From positions 4,650,001 to 4,714,000 of the forward strand of contig NC_089434.1 in the NCBI RefSeq assembly GCF_026210795.1: 64,000 nucleotides of DNA, read 5' to 3'. The stretch's first letter is position 1. Each line of letters starts with the position of its first letter. Position numbers and translations under genes: made by a program. The stretch comes from Rhizophagus irregularis (taxonomy: Eukaryota). Under the pieces are notes generated by a model. It searched no databases, had not been told where the DNA came from, and was given only the letters and a program-made list of their open reading frames with translations. Of this stretch, positions 53,925 to 64,000 are shown piece by piece.

Positions 53925-54457
53925 TAATGACATTTATTATATTTACAATCATTGTATACTTGTCTCTCGTATCAATGGAATTACCTATAATCGTGACAGG
54001 GAATCACGTGTAAAACTATATAAAGTAATAGCCAATTTTTACCGATCAAATCAGAAAACCTATACCCTATAAAAAAATTCTGGAAAAACTATCTTTTTTT
54101 TTTAGTTTTTCTTTCGAAGAAACTCAGACATGTGATCACTTTTCCGAAAAATTTTTTATAGGGATATTGCCTTCATATAAATTACTAAGATTTGCCGTCA
54201 ATGAATTCCCCAGATAATGTTACTTGTTTTTTATGCCAAAAGTCAATGGAAAGTTGGGTTCCTGCAGTCCTTGTGTTTATATTTTGATGAAAATAATGGT
54301 GGTAATTATAATTATGATGATGGTGATAATAATAACGATAATGATAATTATGATGGGGATAATAATGATGATGGTAATGATGATGGTGATGATAATGATA
54401 AGATGGTGGTGATGGTGACAATAATAATGACGAGGAGGAGGAGGATACCCACTATTA
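53925..54457 (+). pseudogene. Deleted F-box/LRR paralog
   Basis: CILVSR and RESRVKLYKVIANFLPIKSEN, then LQSLCLYFDE plus an Asp/Asn tract ending GATACCCACTATT, as at ~8630 of the intact gene. Confidence 0.8.
54065..54163. mobile_element. 99-bp mini-MITE, CCCTATAAAA TIR
   Basis: ATA|CCCTATAAAAAAATT...AATTTTTTATAGGG|ATA. Confidence 0.75.
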
Positions 54458-54545
54458 CCCTATAAAAGAAATTCTGGAAAAAACTCTTTATTCCGAAGAA
54501 ACTCAGACACGTGATAATTTTCCTGAAAAATTTTTTTTTATAGGG
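54458..54545. mobile_element. 88-bp mini-MITE, same family as 54065-54163
   Basis: CCCTATAAAAGAAATT...TTTTTTTATAGGG with the same internal GAAGAAACTCAGACA.GTGAT core. Confidence 0.75.
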
Positions 54546-54549
54546 ACGA

Positions 54550-56340
54550 ATTTCTCTGGACAGCCACTTGAGCGAAGATTTAACGATTGTCCGGCGTTGG
54601 TGCTGCTGCGATTCATGGAGGTCAATGAAATGTCTTCAAGATTAATGATATGTTTACCGGGTGACGATTCTTTTTGAGTGACCTCTTTAATAACAGGCGC
54701 TTCATAAATAATTGTACCCATAATTATTGCTGTAGCAGAACGCATCGATTGATTGGTTTAGTTCGTCTTATTCGAGCGTCTAATTTCAACCCAGAAATCA
54801 CACCAAATGTGGAGTGCCGAGTAGCACATGCTCATCTGGTAACCTTTCGAGCGCAGAGATTGCGGCGATCTTGTAATTAAGAAGAGTGCCCTCTTATATT
54901 CATCAGAAATTATACCGTCGATGGTTTCATAAGGACAAAGCCATATCTGATTCTGGTATGCGCAACAGCAACTTAGAATCATACAACTAAAGTGAATCCA
55001 TATGCTGTGTCACTGTGTGTTTGTGGTTTAGACCATCATTTCGATCAAATCTATGTTGTAACTAAAGCCGTGAGAAATCATTTTCCTCTCCATTTTCTCT
55101 AACAGATATTTGAAGTATTATTTCCTAAATTAATACAATCTAATGAGGGGTTTGCATCAATAATATCATCAGAAGACAGGTTTTCTTTGTGTATTGCCAG
55201 CACTACTTTAACAACAATCATAGTAGTGATATTAGCAATTTTCATACGCTACTGTCTAACAGGATGATCATCCGCCATATCATGAATCTCTCATAATCGT
55301 AGAGCGATATATAGCAATAGTGTTGAAAAATTTTCTCTCTGACGATTAAATAACAAATAGTAAAATTGATTTCCCTCAAACTATACCAATAATAACATTC
55401 TGAGAAATAATATTCTGACACATAATCTGATCCCGTAAGTAATTCGGTAGATATTTTCGAAAAGGCAAGTGAAAAGACTTTAGTTGAGTTGCAGAAAGGA
55501 TGTACTGAAAAGATATCCCTGCGTTGAGAATCTCCTTATACTGAACTAGAATCGACAGTTCTAACAGAAGATCCATTGGAAAGGAAGCTATGAAGCTAGT
55601 ATTTATTGTCGAGGCCTTGAACCGAATCATTATTTGCCAGGACATGTGAATTAAGACCCATGGGGCATCCCCAGAAATTCATTTGGATTATGCTTGTAGA
55701 AAAGTATTAGTCATTCCTAAAAACGGATCTGGTAGTTTCTTGAATATAGAACTCAAATGCTAGGATCTTTTAATTTAGAATATCTAAAAGATTGGCACCA
55801 AAGAATTGGAGATCCAAAGGGAGAGGAGGAACGTGAAGAAGTACGTATGGTGATGGATTTGTTGTGTGTGATTTTAATGTCGATGTCGGTGTTACATAAT
55901 TTGGTATTACTTGTTATGGTTGATAATAATATTGGCCATCTCGTAAAACGAGTTGGCGATTTGTAGGTTAGTTTTCAGTTGCGGTCAAGAGTGCATTCAA
56001 TAGAAATTGAATTGAAAAGTAAATAACGCATACTATTAAAAGATCTAATAATATTTCTCGGTAGAGATTAAGCGTAAACTGTGAATCAAAGAAACATTAT
56101 TGTTGTGTAAAAGGATTATTAAAATTGTGGTGATGATTTTTTTGAAAGACCTGGCAATCGATGCATTACTATTATTTATTGAAGAACAATGATGCCGAGG
56201 TGTTGAAGGAGTAGATGATGATTCTGCTGATGATAAATATAACGCTTTTCTTGATCATGAGCGTAACTTCGTCTCTTTCTCAGGCGTAGCAGGCATAGCG
56301 GACATCCCTATTTTATCACAATTTTGATAACCATTTGGAT
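54550..56340 (-). mobile_element. Decayed DIRS-like retrotransposon (MT-like region and tyrosine recombinase)
   Basis: PDPFLGMTNTFLQA...PWVLIH (DIRS MT-like); FNTIAIYRST..EIHD...VLAIHKEN..DDIIDA.PSLD and LCPY...LFLITRSP (YR). Confidence 0.7.
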
Positions 56341-56956
56341 CATTTATTCAGTTATGTCACATATATAATTGCTGTTGTTGAAATTTTACATAATAATATA
56401 TGCACAAATTTACAAATAATATAAATTTAGTTTCAATTTATTGTATATTAATTTTATTAAAGTTGGGTTGTTATTGAGTAACTTTATTAGTAGCAACTTT
56501 TTAACTTTTATTATTATTTTTATTAAACCAGATAAATATTTATATAAATTGACATAATCTTTGCATAAAATTAATTATTTATAATTTGTAGATTCTTTTA
56601 AAAAACTAATAAAACTAATAAAATTTACTAATTATATTGTGGTATTTACTTAATTTTGTGGCACTAATTTATTTGACATTTATTTATTCATTTTGTGAAA
56701 TTATATACTAAATATCTTACTAGTAAGAAACTTGCATTATGGAATTATGGATCAGATCACTACATTATTTTTGCTATATATTATATATAACATAAAGAAT
56801 CTTTGTACAAAGTTTTAAGTTTCGCAGATAAATATTCATCTTCGCAGATCAATTTTTGACTTATAGTTGGGAAAAATGACTGAATCATCACATACGAATA
56901 ATGTAATAACAATATTAAAAAATTTTGCTAATAATCACATAATTAAATTTAGAAAT

Positions 56957-57100
56957 AATTTATTTATCGCACGTGCGATGCAAATTTTTATGTTTATCAT
57001 TGCCATTTTAAGGGGGTGGCGATGTATAAGCAGGTTGATCAACATAAATAATTTACAAAAAAGGAAAGTGGCGATGCATCGCACGTGCGATGAATAAATT
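56957..57100. mobile_element. ~145-bp MITE-like inverted repeat
   Basis: 26-bp arms AATTTATT(T/C)ATCGCACGTGCGATGCA with one mismatch; each arm contains the palindrome ATCGCACGTGCGAT. Confidence 0.65.
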
Positions 57101-59820
57101 TACTCTTAAATTTATATAATAATTTAATGCTTTAACTTGGATTTCCATTATTTTTTTGCCACATTATTTTAAAAATATTTGTGGCTTTTCAACAAGTTTT
57201 AAAACCCGGAATTAAGTGATCGGCAAATGATCGGCAAAGTGGTATAAGCATATCCGCTATGTCTGGAGTAGGCGACGTCTTTGTCCCTTCCCGTTTCTGC
57301 GTCCACTTCCCGGGCTTACGCTGTCTGGAATCGGCTGGTTGTTCCGAAGACGAGACAAACGCATTCGCTCAATGTCGTCTTCATACAAGCTCAAAAGATG
57401 GTTGGCGATCGAAAATTAGAGGCAAGTGACATGAATGTTTAGTTTAATACGTGGGTGACAGATTGTGTCGATCAATCGATCACAGATTTATATTTAAACT
57501 ATGAGCTAAAGTTGAATTTCTGAATTTAAAAGAATTTAAATTTAAGTCCTTTCATTTCTTTCCGTCGCCAATTATTATTATATTCAGTACTGAAATTTAT
57601 TTAAATTAATAGTGCATTTTTTCAAATTTTTTTTTTAAATACTAGATAGTATTAAATTTACTTATTTTATTTTCAATATTTTTTTTCCGAATTAAAATAA
57701 TAGACAAACGAAATCATTAGTTCCACTTAAATTTCAATTTCGTTCAAACTAAACAAAAGAATGTTAAAAGTCTTATTTCAGAATACTTTATTGGACACGA
57801 TCTTCGTTCTTACAGCAAAATAGCAAACACCACTTACTGAAATGGATAAAAATTTTACTTAGTAATTAACTGTTAGCTTTCGATCTTACAGCTAAATAGC
57901 TGTTAGTTGATTTATTTAAAATAAAGATAACTTATATATATATATTTATCCTGATAATTTACTGGTTAGTATAAACAATCTTCTAACTATGGTATTTAAT
58001 TATGATTATATTTCAGGAGTTACGATTTTTATTTTTTGTGTAACAAAAAATTATCATTAATAAAAGTATCGTAGAGTTCGCCATTGTCACGTGATGGGAA
58101 CATCGGTAGATCAACAAAAAAAAAATCATTCCGTTGGCGTAGGTTCGCATAAATTTAACAATATACTTTATTCAATGATTATATAAATATTTTCTATCAA
58201 CTTCTTTTTTTTAAAGAATTATATATAATAAAAAAAAATTTCACATCCAAAAGAGGAATTTCTATTTTGTGCCTCGATAATCAACAATTTCGGATAATAA
58301 AAATATGTCGCTTCCGGTGATTCCAAGGGAATTCCCGTATGCGATAAATATGACATATTGTTTTACTGATGTATGTATTTAAAATAAAAACGGATACTTC
58401 CCACTCACGCCCTGCCTTACGCGGCCCGGAATTACGGCTGGTTGTCCCGTAGAAACTATGTTCTTTTCAGCACGATAGTAATATCGACCGCTTCTTAATA
58501 ATATTTTTCTTACTCTGCTTCGACCACTCCTGCATCTGCGTCCACTTACGCTGCCTGAAATCACGTTGATGTTGTTCATGTCGAAATACTATATTTTATG
58601 TAAAAGCAGAAGAGTTATTAAATTTTTCTTTTGAAAAACAATAAAATAAAAATGAAAGATTCAAATAATAAATATTATCCACCGCTTTTATTTATTGTTA
58701 AAAAAAGTAAAAAAATTTGAATAGACAAAGGTTTCGGAGCTATAGGAGGGAAAGGAGAAAGGGGAAAAGGATAAGGGAAAGTAAGGGACGAAAGGAAGTG
58801 AATGGGGAAGAAAGGGAAAAGGGAAGGAATGTTATTTATTTATTTTTATTTTTACTTAAAAAGTCAATTACATACGTTATACTGCCTAAGCGCCAAAAAT
58901 TTTATAACATACAACAGAGACAACAGAGAACAGACCGACACAACTTTTATTGCTTTATTGAAGACGAATTGAAACGCGCTGGAACAAAAATAAAAAGAGT
59001 AGGGAAAGCGAGAAGAGCATAACGGAATTTCCCCCTATTTGGCCACAATTTAAATGTTTTGAAACACTGTGATTGGCTAGATCCCAAAATGTGCTTTACG
59101 TGTACACGTGTACTTACGTGTTTTACTTATAAACAGGTTTTATTACTTGTTTTAAATAACTTGCTACGGGATTAATTATCAGTTACTGGAAATGTCACAA
59201 AAAAAGAAGGCAAATTTTTTTCACTAAGGTTGGTAAAAAAAATTTTGTGGTACATTATCCTCTTTAAGTATACAATATATGTATATAATTAAAGTTAGCC
59301 AAATCGGAACAAATCAATAATTCATAATTCTGGCCAAAATTTTGTTAATTCTGGCCAGATTCATAATGTTGGCTTAAATTTAGTTAAAATGAAAAAATTT
59401 AGATTATATATAACATCATATTTATACAATATAATCAGTTTAATTAAAAAAAATTTTTAATTTATGAACACTTTTACAATTTCATTAAAAAAATATTCAC
59501 ATATTCTTTATTATTCAATTTGAATTTTTATTTAAAGTTAATGTATTTAATAAAAGATCAAAAATTAGTACTATTACAAATAATGACAATTGCGTCATGA
59601 GTATTAGTTAAAATTTCATGTAATTTAAGATATAAGTAGATCAACTATGCTGAACACTTTTCACTTAATTTACAAAAGTGATTTATTTAATACTGAAATA
59701 CCAAAATTACTTCTGAAATTACAGATCAGGTGTATAAAATATAAATACTAATTGCGCTATAAGAATTAATCAAAAATTCATAATAATTGATATGTGAGTA
59801 GATTTGACTATGCTGAATAA

Positions 59821-59982
59821 AGGCACTGTCAAATATTACTTAATATCACTTTAATATAAGAGCTTACCCCCTCCTCTAGGTAAGATATGTTATATATATA
59901 ATTTCTTATATAGTATTGTATGTAACCTAAGATCTTTAGTTACCCCCTCCCCTAAAATATTAGGTAATATCTGATAGCACCC
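59821..59982. mobile_element. Harbinger/Tourist-like MITE, TAA TSD
   Basis: TAA|AGGCACTGTCA...TGATAGCACCC|TAA; same family as 45190-45347. Confidence 0.85.
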
Positions 59983-60144
59983 TAATTATCCCTTAATTTA
60001 TAAAGTCAATTTACTTAAATCTAAAGTGCTAAAATTATGCTCTGAAGTTGTTGATCAGATGCAAAAAAATTTAAAAATTAAATTACATGTAGTTTTAACA
60101 TTGCTAAACATTTTTCACTTAATTTACAAAGTCGATTTACTTAA

Positions 60145-60665
60145 TTGCCAATCCGTCTAAAATCGGCACTGCGTTACTAATAAAATTCAGGGATATTAAC
60201 AATAATAAAAAACCCGTTTTTTACATCTCACGCATGGGATAAACTTTCATCCATTTCACCCATTTCACAAATAAAAGTACCCTTCAATTTTTTACTAGTT
60301 CTATAAAGAAAAATATTTAAAAAAAAGTCTTTAAAAAAAGCTTAGAAAGCCAAAAAATATATGTTTGTAATGTAAATAACATAATATAGTAAAATAAAAT
60401 ATTGAAATTTCTTACATTTTAAAATATAAATCTGACGCGCGTACATAGTAAACTCATTATTTTGCATATGAATGAATGTATAATTTTTTTTTGCAAATTC
60501 TTTTTTTTTCAAGTATTTTTTCAGTATATCATATGATTTTTATTTATAGTTAATATATCGTCTATGAAAATATCCTTTTCTGAAGATTATGTTCTAGCAC
60601 AAAATTGGCAAATTTAATCCTGAATTTTATTAGTAACGCAGTGCCGTTCTTAGACAAATCAGCAA
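60145..60665. mobile_element. 521-bp non-autonomous element, TTAA TSD
   Basis: ~45-bp TIR including CGGCACTGCGTTACTAATAAAATTCAGG; TTAA on both sides. Confidence 0.85.
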
Positions 60666-60763
60666 TTAAAGCTAAAGTGCCAAAATTATGCTTTAAAATT
60701 GCTGAATGAAATTTAAAGTTAATTTAATTATAAAAATTAAAGTAGTTATGGCAGTATTATTAA

Positions 60764-61770
60764 GAGCCGGTCTGCCTACGAATGACAGAAAATTACTATA
60801 TAAATTCAGGCGAGGTTATTATAAAAATGCCAAAATTGGCTAAATTTTATGGGCTATAAAAACCACAGATCATCATGCTGTGGCACCAAAATTCATATGA
60901 TGATTTCTTAAATGTCAAAGATAAAAAAAATAAAAAAAAATTGAGAAATTTATTTATTTGTTCAAAACTTTACTTTGAGGCAACGTCAGATTTGACAGGT
61001 ATGTATATATATATATGCGAGAATTTCAAGTCGTATATTACGTTATTTTAACATATATGAACACTTAAAATTATATTCTTATGTATTTTATATGTTTAAA
61101 ACTACTTGTTTTATATAATTCTAATATTTTCTCTTGCTTTTAGTTCACATGTTACTATGATCTCTTTCTATTTTCATAAGGAGTAACCTGTAAATTAATT
61201 TCAAATAGTGGAAGTTTTGGTATATGTATTCTTATCTAGTTTTCAATTTGAATGCATCACACAAATTCTTAGCATTAGTTTGCAAAATATTATTAGCTTT
61301 TTGAAAGTGTTGTAACAATAATATAAAAAAAAATAACATACAATTACCAGAACAATAGGTAATAATGGCTTTTAGAAGGATTTATATAGCAGATAGGTTA
61401 TTTTAGGTTGAATTTTTCATTTTTAGATCTTTTCTATTTGTACGTTAGTTACGCTTATTTTTAGCCAAAAAACCATCCCTTTGACAATAATATTTGAGTA
61501 ATTTTTATGCATGAAGCAATTTTTACTGAATAATGAATATTTAAGACACGGTAGGTGTCAGATTTTAGCGTTTATTGTGAGTTTCTATGTGAAAATATTT
61601 TTCTCAATATTTTTCTTGGCATTTTTAAGTTTCATCACATGACTTGGTACCACAACATGATTTGTGATGATTTTGATTGGCAAAATTTTACCTATTTAGT
61701 TTATTTTTTGCAATAAAATTTCTCCTGAATTTATATAGTAATTTTCTGTTGATCATAGGCAGATCGAATC
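60764..61770. mobile_element. 1007-bp non-autonomous element, TTAA TSD, GA...TC ends (Kolobok-like)
   Basis: TTAA|GAGCCGGTCTGCCTA...TAGGCAGATCGAATC|TTAA with long (~150-bp) imperfect TIRs. Confidence 0.8.
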
Positions 61771-62132
61771 TTAATAAACTTACAAAATTTGAGTTTCAGG
61801 TAGTTTTCACCTTGCTGAACAACAATCACTTAATTTACAAGGGTAATATACTTAAAACTAAAATGTTAAAATTGCACTCTAAATCTTTATATATTTTTAA
61901 AATACTGCAATTTTTGATTTTTTTACATTTTGCACAAAAACTGCCTGAATAATCACTATTATAAACTTTTTTTACTCATAAAATTACATATATCCTCACT
62001 TTTAAAATTACATATTTCTTTATATTTTGAAAAGGATCTTGAAAAAAATGTGTTTTTAAAATAAATTTTTGGTACGTTATAAAAAAAATATTACTATTAA
62101 AAATTGAAAAAAAAAATAAAAATTAATAAAAT

Positions 62133-62366
62133 AGAACTTCACTTACTTATAAGATAAGTCACCCCTAGACCTAAAGTAAAAATTATATATAAAATATTAA
62201 AATTTTTTGCAAATTCTACTATAAAAGAAAATTTTATGTTACATTATTATGTTTTTTTTTTCTTTTTAACTAATTAACCAATAGAATTTAAGAAAAAAGT
62301 AAAGTAAAAATTATTAGTAAAGGGCCAATTTTCTATAGTGATCTTTATTATAAGTAAGTGAATTAT
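62133..62366 (-). mobile_element. Second copy of the P-like MITE
   Basis: Reverse complement of 34928-35152 with many transitions. Confidence 0.8.
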
Positions 62367-62370
62367 AATA

Positions 62371-64000
62371 CCGTAAAATACTGAATTTAAGCATCTATCA
62401 AATTTAAGCACTTCTATATATCACTTTGCCGCAATATTTGCATAAACTAAAATTAAGCATCTCCAAATTTAAGTACTCCAATATAAAAATTCAAATTAAT
62501 AATATATGTGAAAAAATTTTATTTTTTTTTTATAATTTTTATTCAATTTTTAATACCAAAAATTACATTATTTAATTATCAACAATTTCATCATTATCAT
62601 CTAATTCCTCTAAATTTTCTTTTTCATACTCTTCAATTAATTTGTCAATTTTTTCATAAACCATATCATCTTCTGACCCATCTAACAAATTTGAAATAGC
62701 ACATTTTTTAAATGAATTAAAAATAATTTGGTCAGAAATAGCATCCCATAAACGTTTAATCCAGCTGCATACATCACTGATCTTTACTCTTTTCAAATTA
62801 CCTGTAGTTAAGCCAGCACTAGCTTTACACATCCACTCATGCCATTCCTTTCATAAATTATCTTTAAATGGTTTATTAATTGATACATTAAGTGGTTGAT
62901 ATATACTAGTCAAACCTGCAGGAATAACAGCTAATTGAAAATTGTGTTGTTTAAATTTAGTTTTAACACTTTCCTCCAAATGGTCACGAAATGAATCATA
63001 TACCATCATAGCTGGCTCTTTTGACAAATTTTCAGACATCCGAAATTTAAACAAAAAATCTATATAATTTTTCATTAAATCAGATATCATTCAACCATTA
63101 TCCTGAAATCAGCAAATAACACCTTTTAGAATAACTTCACCACAAGGGAGTTGTTTGCCTTTGAAAATACAAATAGGTGGATATTTTATTTCATCTATAA
63201 AAAATAATAATAATAGATTAGTTAAATAAATGTATTATAAAAAAAGAAAATAAAAATAAAAGCTTCTTACCAGCTAAACAAGTTAAACCTACAGTAAAAT
63301 GATTTTTATCATTTCCAGTAGTACGAATATGTACTGTTTTATCTCCCTTATTATTGACAGTTATATTACCTGCCATATCAAACCAAACAGGAGTTTTATC
63401 CATATTGTAAATGCTATTTAAATCAAAATTGTATTTTGTTCTCAATCTTATGACAAATCTTCTAAATTCTTCCAATTTTTGTTCTGTATCTTCTGGTAAT
63501 TTTTGAGAAATTTAGTTCTTCTTCTTAATGATAAGTTATATTTTTTCATAAAACGATTAATCCAAGTAAGATTTCCTTGAAATTCATACTCTCCTGTTGG
63601 TGAATATAATGTTTGAATTGAAGATTCTTTAAGAATTTTACACATCTGTAATCTAACAGAAGTAAAATTAACAGCAAACCCTTTTTTTCGTTGTTCAATA
63701 ATCCAGTTGTATAGTGGATGACATCCAATAAAATTGGTGATCTTTAATTACTAATAAAAAAATATTGAGAAATTATTTTTAAAAAAAACTTAACGCTAAT
63801 TAATACTTCTTGACAAATTCTATTTAACTATATTAAGATAATTAAAATCAGATTATTGTATCAAAAGTTATAAGCTTTTAAAAATATGGAATTTTATATA
63901 TCTGATTTCAATTTGGCCTTAGTCTGCATTATAATATTTTAGCCAAAATTACATGTATATCCAATTTGATTTTGGCCCGCATTATAAATTTAGCCAGAAT
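62371..64000 (-). mobile_element. pogo-family (DDE_1) transposon, inactivated; other end not identified in the window
   Basis: TA|CCGTAAAATAC terminus; ORF pieces WINRFMKKYNLSLRRRT, YNMDKTPVWFDM, TGNDKNHFTVGL, MVYDSFRDHL, YQPLNVSINKPFK; stops and frameshifts. Confidence 0.88.

Larger units (their letters stand above)
59184..62100 (-). mobile_element. Inverted second copy of TIR element family A with its own nested insertions
   Basis: Begins TACTGGAAATGTCACA; reverse-collinear with 35847-35165 and 27780-27290. Confidence 0.85.

Noticed and set aside
57195..57435. Structured ncRNA in a GC-richer island
   Set aside because: No tRNA, rRNA or snRNA motifs recognised; better explained as a copy of the dispersed family at 24369-24790.

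Overview
Very AT-rich, intron-containing eukaryotic DNA. The gene families (F-box/LRR expansion, MATA-HMG remnant, DIRS/pogo/LINE/PIF1 remnants) suggest an arbuscular-mycorrhizal fungus (Glomeromycotina, Rhizophagus-like); this is an inference. Only one clearly intact host gene is present: an F-box/LRR-like protein with an Asp/Asn tract at 7712-9415. The rest is mostly nested and decaying transposons. These include a nearly intact 4.66-kb P-like DDE element (8 exons, TIRs, perfect 8-bp TSD) inside a pogo element inside a non-coding TIR element; a heavily C-to-T mutated second copy of it; many MITEs; DIRS tyrosine-recombinase, PIF1, LINE and Transib/RAG1-like remnants; and host-gene fragments. 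The most unusual items are a 9 x 116-bp tandem array built from a histone H2A C-terminal exon, a near-perfect hairpin made from a WD40 (EED/ESC-like) fragment, CpA-biased RIP-like mutation, and a duplicated PIF1-YR-F-box mosaic. All alignments and translations were done by eye; no database searches were run.
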